A stretch of DNA of 64,000 nucleotides from Blastocladiella emersonii ATCC 22665 (lineage: Eukaryota > Fungi > Blastocladiomycota): positions 2,728,001-2,792,000 of the forward strand of contig JANHCV010000001.1 in NCBI GenBank assembly GCA_025594325.1, written 5' to 3'. A program made the position numbers and the translations under genes. The notes below the pieces were generated by a model. That model had not been told where the DNA came from, made no database searches, and saw only the letters and a list, made by a program, of their open reading frames with translations. Positions 10,401 through 19,983 of the stretch are shown here, one piece after another (position 1 is the stretch's first letter; each line of letters opens with the position of its first letter).

Positions 10401-13067
10401 AACGGTCAGCGCGCGGCTCAAGAAGCAGATCGACCACGTCGTCGCGATCCTCGTCGCCGGCGACATGTTCTCGCCGCAGCTCGACCAGCTCGAGGGCGAG
10501 GATATGGATGACGAGGTCAAGGAGTGGCTCGCGACCACGATCGTCGGGAAACGCACGTCGACGACGAGCGATACGCGCGCCGTGGTCGGGACCGCGACGC
10601 GGATGCACGCGACGGTTGGCCGCGTGGCCAACGCCGGCAGCATCCCGTTCGAGCAGCCGGCGTCGCTGGTCGCGGACGCGATCCCGGCCATCGAGTACCT
10701 CGCCAACGACGTGTTCCGGCTCGGCACGCTGCACACGACCCGGGTGCGCGAGATGCTCGAGGCGAGCCACCAGTGGGATTTTGACATTTTCGCGTTCACC
10801 GAGGCGACCAACGGGCACCCGCTGCTGTTCCTGTCGTACTACATGATCAAGAAGCTCAAGCTGCTCGAGGAGATCAAGGGCGTCGAGGAGATCATCCTGC
10901 TGCAGTACCTGGACGAGATCGAGCTCACGTACCAGGACAACCCGTACCACAACGCGATCCACGCCGCCGACATGACCCAGGCCATGTGGGTGTTCCTGCA
11001 CGACGAGCGGCTCGCCGGCGCGTGCTCGCCGCTCGAGCTGTTCGCCGTGATCCTCGCCTGCGCCATGCACGACGTCGACCACCCGGGCGTCACCAACGCC
11101 TTCATCGTCAAGTCGCGCCACCCGCTCGCCCTCCTGTACTCGGACACGTCCGTCCTCGAGTTCCACCACGCCGCTACGGGCATCTCGGTCGCCGAGCGGC
11201 GCGGCTTGTTCAAGAAGATGGGCCCGTCGTACGAGGACCTGCGCAAGATGATCATCGAGCTCGTCATGGCCACCGACATGGCCAAGCACTTTGAGTTCCT
11301 CAACAAGTTCAAGTCGCAGCTCGCCGCCGCGACCGCCGAGTCCCAGTCGAACGCTACAGGCGCATCGGCGGGAAGCGGCGCCCCAGCGTCTCCGTCGAGT
11401 GCCAACACGGCCGTCAACTCCCCAACGGGCGGCGGCGGCGGCTCGCCAGCCACGCCGACTGGGTCGAGCGCCGCGGGCTCGCCACCGAGCGAGGGCGTCA
11501 TGCTCAAGCTCGACAAGCCCGAAATCAAAGTGCTCGTGCTGATCATCGCCATGAAGTGCTCGGACCTCAACAACCCGACACGGCCGCGGCCAACGTCGCT
11601 CGAGTGGACCGGACGTATCATGGAGGAGTTTTACGTGCAGGGCGACCAGGAGCGCGCGCTCAACCTGCCCATCTCCAAGTTCATGGACCGCATGAGCCAG
11701 GCCGACGAGAACGTGGCCAAGTGTCAGGTACGGCGAGGTCGTGATTGACCGCGCTGATTCGTCCGCTCACGAACGCGAGCACGCGTGTGTAGACCTCATT
11801 CATCGACGTGATCGTCAGTCCGCTATACCAGGTGTGGACGTCGTACCTGCGCTCGTCCGTGACCAACAGCATCATGGCCAACGTGCACGCGAACCGGCAC
11901 TACTGGTCGCAGGGCGCTCGGTCGCGCGACAACCTGACCAACAGCCCGTCCATGGCCGCGGGCGGCGGCGGGTCCAAGTTCACGGTGAACGGGTCAACCA
12001 ACATTGTGGCCTCGGGGCTCGTGTCGGGCGCGTTCCCAGCGAGCGCGGCCGGGTCGCGGTCCAACTTCCACTTCCGCAAGGAGCGCTCGGCGAGCTTCAC
12101 GGGCAGCACGGGCACCACCGGTGCCGCGGTTCGCGGCGTGCGTCCGATCCCGCTGCCCGCGTCGAGTGCACCGGGGAGCGGCGCGGTCGGCGGGTCGCGG
12201 TCCGACAGCCACGGGTCCACGGCGTCGTCGCTCGGGTCCACGGGGACCAGCATCGCGTCGATCCGCACTAACAACACGGGTCACGCGTCGCTGCGGTTCC
12301 GGTCCACGAGCGAATACACGCACGGCGCCATCAACTACAATGCGTTCCACTACGGCTTCACCGCGGCGGACGCGGCGGGTGGCGGCGGCGGCAGCGGGCA
12401 AGGTGCCGATGGACAAACCGCAGGCGACGAGCCGGGCGTCCCGCTGGGCGCGGGCAACGGGCCGACTGTGTCGTCGATTCTCGCCAACATCACCGAGGAC
12501 AGCAATAGCAGCCTGGCCAAGACGCAGGGCAGCAGCGCGCTCGACTCGACGGCCACGGCGCTCGACGTGGTGAGCATGGAGGGCGGCGTTGGGAGCGTCA
12601 GCAGCAGCCACGCCGGGATCCCGACGTCGATGCCCGCGCTCGAGACGGCGGGCGGCGGCGGCGGCGGAGGCCTCCGCATCGCGGCGCCGTCCAACCGGCG
12701 CAGCAGCTTCAGCAGCACGGCGTCGGCCGAGTACGCGACGAGCCGGCGCGGGAGCATTGGCGGCGCGCCGCCGCCCATGACGCTCCCGGGCGCGACCGCC
12801 GCCGTGCCCTCGCCCGCGGCCCCCGTCCCTGTGCGCCGCGGGTCGGCGTCGCTCCAGGGCCTCCGCGCGCTGCCCAGAGCCATCTCGTCGCAGGGCGCGA
12901 TCGGGATGCCCAACGTGATCCTCGAGGAGGAGGACGGCGTGCACGAGGACCCATCACGGCCCGCGGCGCAGGGAAAGGAGGCGGTGCAACCGAGCGCAGC
13001 AGCAGAGGCGCCCGTCCCCATCCTCGTCGACGAGCCGCCAAGGATCACGCCGTCGTTGCAGCCGTAG
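7416..13067 (+). CDS. Single-pass transmembrane class I cyclic-nucleotide phosphodiesterase: degenerate 5'-nucleotidase-fold ectodomain + Cys-rich (GCC2/GCC3-like) repeats + TM + PDEase catalytic domain + Ser/Gly-rich tail
   Basis: Predicted introns about 7665-7729, 7888-7946, 7993-8050, 8217-8270 and 11728-11792. Hydrophobic signal-like segment WTALAALVVTLVLCAGSTHA. CxxCPAG repeats at about 9770-10080. TM segment LAGAAGLLIFATVVSVYMW. PDE motifs YHNAIHAAD, HDVDHPG, LEFHH, ATDMAKH, KCSDLNNP, EEFYVQGD, and CQ|TSFIDVIV across the last intron. Confidence 0.85.
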
Positions 13068-13329
13068 TGGGTGGCCTCGCTCAGTTTTGACGGCGCGCGC
13101 GCGTTGTGCCCTAATACATTTGCTCGCCTGATTCTTTCATCCGTCGCCGTGCTGGCCGCCGTGTGGGTCGGCCGAGGCATGCGAGGAGTAGTCGCGGTGT
13201 TCAGGTTTCAGCCGTCAAGCCTGCACCTGGCCTTCGATGGCGCCTCCTGCTCCCTCTCTCCCCCTCAACAACTACTCACCCTCCCATGAAAGCATAGCCG
13301 ATTGGCACCCTTGCAACTTAGCACACACC

Positions 13330-15313
13330 ATGGCATCGACTTCCAGCGACTGCGCCGTGGTGGCGCAGTTCCAGTTCGTCGCGCTCCCGGCCAACGTCAC
13401 CGCGACGGACTGCTGCAAGGTCCCCGGCGTGTCGTGCGAGGCGGGCGACCGAGTCACCGCGCTGTACGACGCTGTGCGAGGAGAGCACCATCGGCAGGAA
13501 TCCAACCGTCGTAATGTGTAGCCGGTTCACGCGGCACACCATCAACGGAACCATCCCCGACGCTATCGGGTCGCTCAGCAGTCTGGTCCTGCTGTACGAT
13601 GCGCTCTTGCAGTGTTAGTGACTGAATGTGCGCTGACCCTGCGCACGCCTCGCTAGCGACCTGAGCACGAACCAGCTCTCAGGCCCCATCCCGTCGTCCA
13701 TCACGAACCTGCGGCGGCTGCGTGCGCTGTACGTTCTGCTCCACCCCCTGCGAGTCTTCCCTCGCTCACCGATTCGATTGCGGTGTAGAGACCTGTCACG
13801 CAACGTGCTCAACGGCTCGCTCCCCGCTGAACTCGACAAGCTCGACCAGCTCGCGTCGCTCATCGTCACCGACAACCAGCTCACGGGCCGCATCCCCGAT
13901 GGCGTGTTCAAGATGAACCGGCTGGCCGCGCTGGATCTCTCGGTCAACCGTCTCGAGGGATCGCTGCCCGACTCGCTTGGCAACATGGTCGGGTTACAAA
14001 CGCTGTACGCCGCTCGATGTCTTCTCCGTGCCCGAGCCGAATGCTGACTTTCGTTGACAGGGATCTCTCCAAGAACCAACTCTCGGGCACCATTCCGGCG
14101 ACGATTGAGCGGCTTAGCCAGCTCCAGGAACTGTACGAGCCATCGGTGCTGGTGTGTGTTGCGAGAAACCTCGCTGACTTGACGCCCGCCTTGTAGCATC
14201 CTCGCGTACAATAAGCTCGAGGGGACGATCCCGCGCGGAATTGGCAAGCTCAAGACGCTCAGTCACCTGTACGTTATCTGACCCGTGCTACCATCATCGT
14301 TAGCGAGCGCTGACTCGCGCACACTCCGTAGGTCCTTGGCGTTCAACAACCTGACGGGTCCGATCCCCGCTGCTGCCCTTGGGAACCTAACGAGCCTGCA
14401 CACTCTGTACGTCGTTATCCATCGAACACGTTTCTCGAGCGGTACCTGATCCGCGCTCGACGGTGTGTAGGGACCTGAGCGAGAACCTGCTGTCGGGCCA
14501 GATCCCGATGACGCTCGCCCACCTCAAGGAGCTCGAGTTCCTGTGCGTCGACCGCTTCGCCTGACCATGGCATGATTCTCATTCGCGCGACCTGTAGCGC
14601 GCTTAACAAGAACCGGTTGACCGGGCCTGTCCCGCCGCTCCCACCGGTCCTGTACGTCGCGCGCCGATCCGCCGAGTGCAAACGATCATGTTCTCACGAG
14701 TCTTCCCGAATGTAGCATCGACTGCACCCTGATGCGCCCCGCGCGCACCGTGGCCGAGGACCCCGAGGGCAACGATTTCTCGTGCCTCGTCAATCCCGAC
14801 CCAGCTCTGCGCATGTGCTACAACGGACTCGCCGAGCACAACCTGCGCACATGCACGACGGCGGAACTGGACGCGGCGACGCGCGCATCAGCCGAGTCAG
14901 ACGGCCCCGCAGACCTCGCGGCCGGCACCGGGGCCGGGTTCAACTGGATCACGGCCGTCCTGGTCCCGATCCTCGCCGTCGCCGCGCTCGCCATGGGGTT
15001 CGTCCTGTGGCGGCAGCGGCAGAAGCGGAAGACGCGCGGCGCGGCGTGGTTTGCGCTTGGGGGAGGCGGCGAGGCGCCGACGCCGGGGCCAAGTCGCGCG
15101 GGCGATGCGCCCGAACGCGAGTTTGTCCCGTCGGTCAGCGGGCCATCGAGCGCGCGCGTGCTGGCGTCGGCGGCGCTCGCGGTCGGTGAGAAGCCGCGCG
15201 GCGGCGGCAGCGGCGGCCACGAGCTGGTGCCGATGGGCGACCTCGATCTGGGCACGGCCACGACCGCGCTGGCCGATGAGGAGGCGGATGGGTCGCCGCC
15301 GCGCTACCGCTGA
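13330..15313 (+). CDS. Plant-type LRR receptor-like membrane protein (9 full LRRs, TM helix, short tail), 10 exons
   Basis: Exons 13330-13463, 13522-13593, 13657-13728, 13789-14004, 14061-14132, 14197-14268, 14332-14406, 14471-14542, 14598-14651, 14716-15313. Consensus LxLxxNxLxGxIPxxLxxLxxL. TM segment WITAVLVPILAVAALAMGFVLW followed by RQRQKRK. The true start or signal peptide is uncertain. Confidence 0.85.
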
Positions 15314-15581
15314 TGGCCGCCGTCGCTGCCACCGTCTCGCGATGTCTCCCTCCCGACTGGCACGCATAGCCCACTTGTATCGATAATCTCACAGCACATG
15401 CACCGAATAAACCTTATCATCGGCCATCCCTGGGTGCCCCGCGTGGGTCAGAGGGAACCGCAGTGGCGCAAGGCGACCAACTGAAGGACAGGGCAGAGTG
15501 CACTCAGTCGCACTCGCTCGAGGGCGCCAAGAACTCGACCCACTCCTTCTCCCCCATCAGACTTTCATGAAGCGCTAAACC

Positions 15582-16925
15582 ATGTCAACGTTTACATGCA
15601 GCAAAGACAACCCGTGCCGCGAAGACCTGTGTTGCGGCCCTGACGGCTTGTACGGCTCCGTCCCTCACCCCCCACGACCGCGGTCGTGGAGCATCGCGAC
15701 CTGCGACGCGACCCGGCACCCCTCTGCAACACGGACGAGTCAGCTCACGCGATGTGAGGTGCACGGTGTAGCTGCTCCAAGTCGGGCAACGCGTGCGACG
15801 CGTCGCGCGGGTGCCAGGGCAACTGCCGCGCGATCCCGGACCCGGCCAAGTGCGACGACTTCAAGTCGGCGCTGTTCCCGAACCTGACGGCGACCGACTC
15901 GGTGACGCTGGCCATTCCGGCGCGCCGCCCGGCCGAGTGCGGCGACACGGTGCCTGTCCATGCCCTGCACCCGTGCGAGTTGGTCGAGGCCATGGGCGGA
16001 GCAGACGAGTGCCCCTACTGCACGTACTACTACGACCGTCTCCGCGAAGCCGCCGAGATGTACGACGTGGCGGCAGGCGACTGCTCGCGGTCCGGGTACG
16101 GCGCGACGCGGTACGCGTCGTTCCTGGCGCAGGTGCGGCACGAGACGGGCTCGCTGACGACGCTGCACCAGCCGCTCGACAACGGCGCGGGCGGCCTGCA
16201 CATGATCCCGCGCCAGTGGTTGACGGCCATCGACGCGGTGCCGCGGCTCAAGGAGGCGTGGGCCAAGGAACCCATGTTCCGCGGCATCACCGACGACCAG
16301 ATGAAGAACATTGAGAGCAACAAGACGCTCGAGCGGTTCGTCGGGCTCTGGTTGCAGTGGCCCGAAAACGCGTTTGGGTACTCGGCATGGTGGATGCCAG
16401 CGGGGGCAGCTCTCCTTGAAGAGCCCGAGTGCGGAGACCTTCGAGTTCAAATGGACATCGGCCTCGGTTCATGGGACCGCAAACGCAACATCAGCTCGGG
16501 ATACTACGAGGTGTCGCGGTGCATCTACGGGGTACGGACGCGCGCGGGCATCGACGACCCGCGACCGAGTTGACGCTGACCCCACCCCACCCCACCCGCA
16601 CGTGTAGTCGCTGTGGGACGACTGGGGCCGCGACGCGCGGCTCAAGGTGTGGCAGGCCGTGTACCCGGTCACGCAAAAGTGGAAGTCGGACGGGTACTAC
16701 CACTCGCCGGGGATCGGCGCGGGCGGCATCGCGGGTATCGTGGTGTCGGCCGTCCTGGTCGTGATCCTCGGCATCTTCGGCATCTACTTCCGCCGCATGA
16801 AGCTCAATACCCCCGGCACGCCCAAGGCCAAGTCGTCGGACGCCACGCTGTCCATGGCCGGCTCGCAGTCGACGGAGCGCCTCACGCCAGCGCAGCCGCA
16901 GCGGACCGCGAGCCAGGTCGCGTAG
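15582..16925 (+). CDS. Hevein-like (CBM18-like) domain + GH19/lysozyme-superfamily-like domain + C-terminal TM anchor; 3 exons (about 15582-15649, 15772-16530, 16608-16925)
   Basis: CSKDNPCREDLCCGPDGxCSKSGNACDASRGCQGNC matches the hevein cysteine pattern. YASFLAQVRHETG matches the GH19 FLAQ..HET motif. TM segment GIAGIVVSAVLVVILGIFGIYF followed by RRMK. Confidence 0.7.
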
Positions 16926-16988
16926 CTCGATGTACTTAGATACACGTGTGAACTAGATTGTGTCTATATTGCGTAGGTGGTGAGCTCG

Positions 16989-17407
16989 TCACGCGGAACC
17001 GGCCTCGGATTGCCGCTGGCGCGCCTCGACGTTGGCGATCTTGGCCAGCAGCGACTGGCGTTCCCGCAGCGCGTTGTGGTGCAGCGTTTCGGTCCTACAA
17101 CAGGTCGTCAGCGGACGCAACGCGGGACGCGGCGACGCGAGCGCAGGCAGTACCGCTCGAGCAGGCCGCGGCACTCTTCGAGCGACATGGCGGCCACGGG
17201 ATCCATGGCGGGTCCCCGGCGAGACGGAGCGCTCTCGCTGGCCCTTGGTGGTGCGGCAGCGGCAGCAGCAACGCTCGCGGGGTTCGGGAGCTGCACGCTG
17301 GCCGGCGCGCTGTCGCGCAAAAAGTAGCCGACGCCGAGGCACGGGATGATGACGCCGAGCGCAATGCCGACAGTCTTGGCCGTGGACGAGATGGCGGGGG
17401 CTGACAT
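16989..17407 (-). CDS. Small hypothetical membrane protein with one N-terminal TM and a coiled C-terminus; one intron at about 17098-17152
   Basis: ATG at 17407, hydrophobic segment VGIALGVIIPCLGVGYFL. A GTACTG...CTGAC...TAG intron joins it to TETLHHNALRERQSLLAKIANVEARQ...*. Confidence 0.45.
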
Positions 17408-17673
17408 TACTGCTTCATGGAGGGGTGGGTGGAGAGAGCGAGAGAACTGCCGATCGCCGCGCTAGGAAGTGCGGCGGCTGCCACGGCTGTCAGCCCGCGA
17501 GCGCACGGGGGCGGCGCGAGACGCGTCTGCGAGACACTTTTTTCGTGTGCGCTCGCGCGTCGACGCGTCGTCAACATCGTCACTCTCCGGCGTCGAACGA
17601 TAGAGCAACTCCACTTTTATGAAGCACACCCTGTAACCTGCAGCAACGCGCCGATCCATCGACACACGCAACC

Positions 17674-19764
17674 ATGAGCCGAGCGCAATCCGTGACCTCG
17701 GGCGAGGCCAACGATGGCGCGGGTACGCTGCCGCGCGTTGCGACCTGCATACTCTGAGCGCAGAGTAACCTCAACAACGCATGTGTAGTCGAGCTCGAGT
17801 ACAACAAGCTCCAGCGCACGTTCCGCCTCATGGAGAGCGAGCGCAAGTCGTACTCGGACGAGGCGCGGCTGCTGATCAAGAAGCAGCGGTCGGCCATCGA
17901 CAAGATGCGCCGCGACAACGAGTACCTCCTGCAGGAGCTAGCGCTGATGCAGCGGCGCGCCGAGGACTCGCGGCGCAACGGGACGGGCAGCGAGAAGGCC
18001 GACGCGCTGCACGCCGCAGCCGCCGCGTCGCAGGCGCGGATGCGCGCGGCCGCCACGGCCATCACGGCGCTCGACACGCAGGTCGCCGAGACGCACCGTG
18101 CGATCGCGGCGCAGCGGCAGGCCATGGGCGGGGTCAACGCGGCGCTCGTCAACAGCCTTGCGATCGAGAAGCAGATCCGCGTGCTCGAGAACCGGCTCGA
18201 CCAGGCCCTCGTCAAGTACAACCGCGCCCTCGCCAACAACAAGCGGCTGCGGTCCGCCATCGACAACCTGCGCCGCGAGCGGCTCGTCTTCGACACGGTC
18301 TACACCAAGTTCGAGCGCGAGCTCGCCGACCAGAAGAAGGCCATGGCCGAGATCATCGAGAGCTCCAACGCCGCCTACGAGGCCCGCGACGAGGCCCAGG
18401 CCAAGATCGTCATCCTGTCCGAGAAGGCCGACAAGGAGTGCCAGGCGTACATCCAGGAGATCAAGGAGCTCGATCGCACGCTCGAGCAGGACCGCAAGCT
18501 CAAGAACTTCCTCGCGACCAAGGCCGCCGACCGCCTCGCCGAGTCGTCGACGGGCGCCGACTCGCTGCGCAAGGCCAAGCAGCTCACCAAGACCGCCAGC
18601 AGCTCGCAGGACGTGCTCAACGCCAGCGTCGCGAGCTACGAGAAGGTGCTCTCGCACGTGCAGGAGGTGACGGGCGTCAGCAGCCTCGACGAGCTCGTGC
18701 AGCGGTTCAAGGACGTCGAGGACCAGAACTTCTCGCTCTTCAACTACGTCAACCAGGTCAACAACGAGGTCGAGAAGGTCGGCGAGGAGCTGGTCCGGAT
18801 CCAGCGCCAGATGGACCGGCTCGACGCCGAGAACGCGCAGGCCGAGGTCGACCGCAAGAAGAAGCTCGCGATCCTCGAGCACCAGCTCGGCGAGACCCGC
18901 CGCAAGACCGCCGCCATGCACGCGCGCAACGCCGAGATCCAGGCCTCGGTCGACGCCCTGTACTCGGGCGTGCGCGGCCTCGTCGACGCCTTCCGCGCGT
19001 CCTCGGTCACCGTCACGAGCACCGCGCCCGCGGCCACCGACGAGAACGGCGAGCCGACCACCCCCACGTCGCCCGCGTCCGCTGCGGCGGCGGCCGCGGA
19101 TGCCGCCGCGGAACCCGCCGTGACGACCGCCCCGTTCGATATCCCGGAACTCCACCTCCCCGCGGGCGCGACCGCCGCCGAGGCCCTGCTCGCGCACCTC
19201 GCCGCCGTCGAGGACCGCGTCAACGCGCTCCTGATCCTGCACCAGATCACGACCAACCCGCGCGCCAAGCTGGCGAGCGCGAGCGCCGCCGCCGCCGCTG
19301 CAGCAGCCGCGGCGGCCGCGGCCGGGAGCGTTCCAGGAAGCGCCGCGCCGAACGGCGGCGCGGGGGCCGCTGGTTCCGGTGCAGGTGCCGGCGAGGGCTC
19401 GGGCGGGGCGGGCGGGAGCGCGGGCGCCGGCGGGAGCGCGTCTGCATCCGCCTCAGCGACGCCCGCGGGAGGCCACGGCGCGCACCTGCGCGGCCCTGTT
19501 CCTGTCGTCGTGTCCATTGTGGCGCCGAACACGGGCGATGCGGACGACAGCGACGAGGACCACGGCGGGGCGGGCGGCGGCGCCGCGGACGACGACCGGC
19601 CGCTGTCGCGCAGCGAGCTCGCCAGCAAGACGATGCGCGGGCTCACGCGCCGCATGCAGCACGGCGGGTCCAGCAAGAAGCGGCGCGGGCGCCGCGGCAA
19701 CGGGAACGCGAACGGCGGCGCGCAGGGCGCGGGGAACGCCGTGGCCGCGGGCGGGGATAAGTAA
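17674..19764 (+). CDS. ODAD1: Outer dynein arm docking complex subunit DC2/ODA1 (CCDC114/CCDC63 family); intron about 17722-17789
   Basis: Coiled-coil with family motifs LQRTFRLMESERKSY, IRVLENRLDQALVKYN, LRRERLVFD, QDRKLKNFL and EDQNFSLFNYVN. Confidence 0.85.
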
Positions 19765-19983
19765 GCGTCGAGGTTTGTTGTTCATTCGAGAGATAGAAGA
19801 GGGAGACGTCGGTACATGGAATCTATCAATGTATTACAAGAGGGGGAATACCACCGAGAGGTGCAAAAAGGCGGGCGAGGAGGGATCGTGTACAGGGAGG
19901 AGAGGAAGGAAGCGATGCAAGCGATGCAAGCGAGAGCAAGGGAGCGACACACACAAAAAGAGAGGGGAGGTGAGGGAGAGGGA

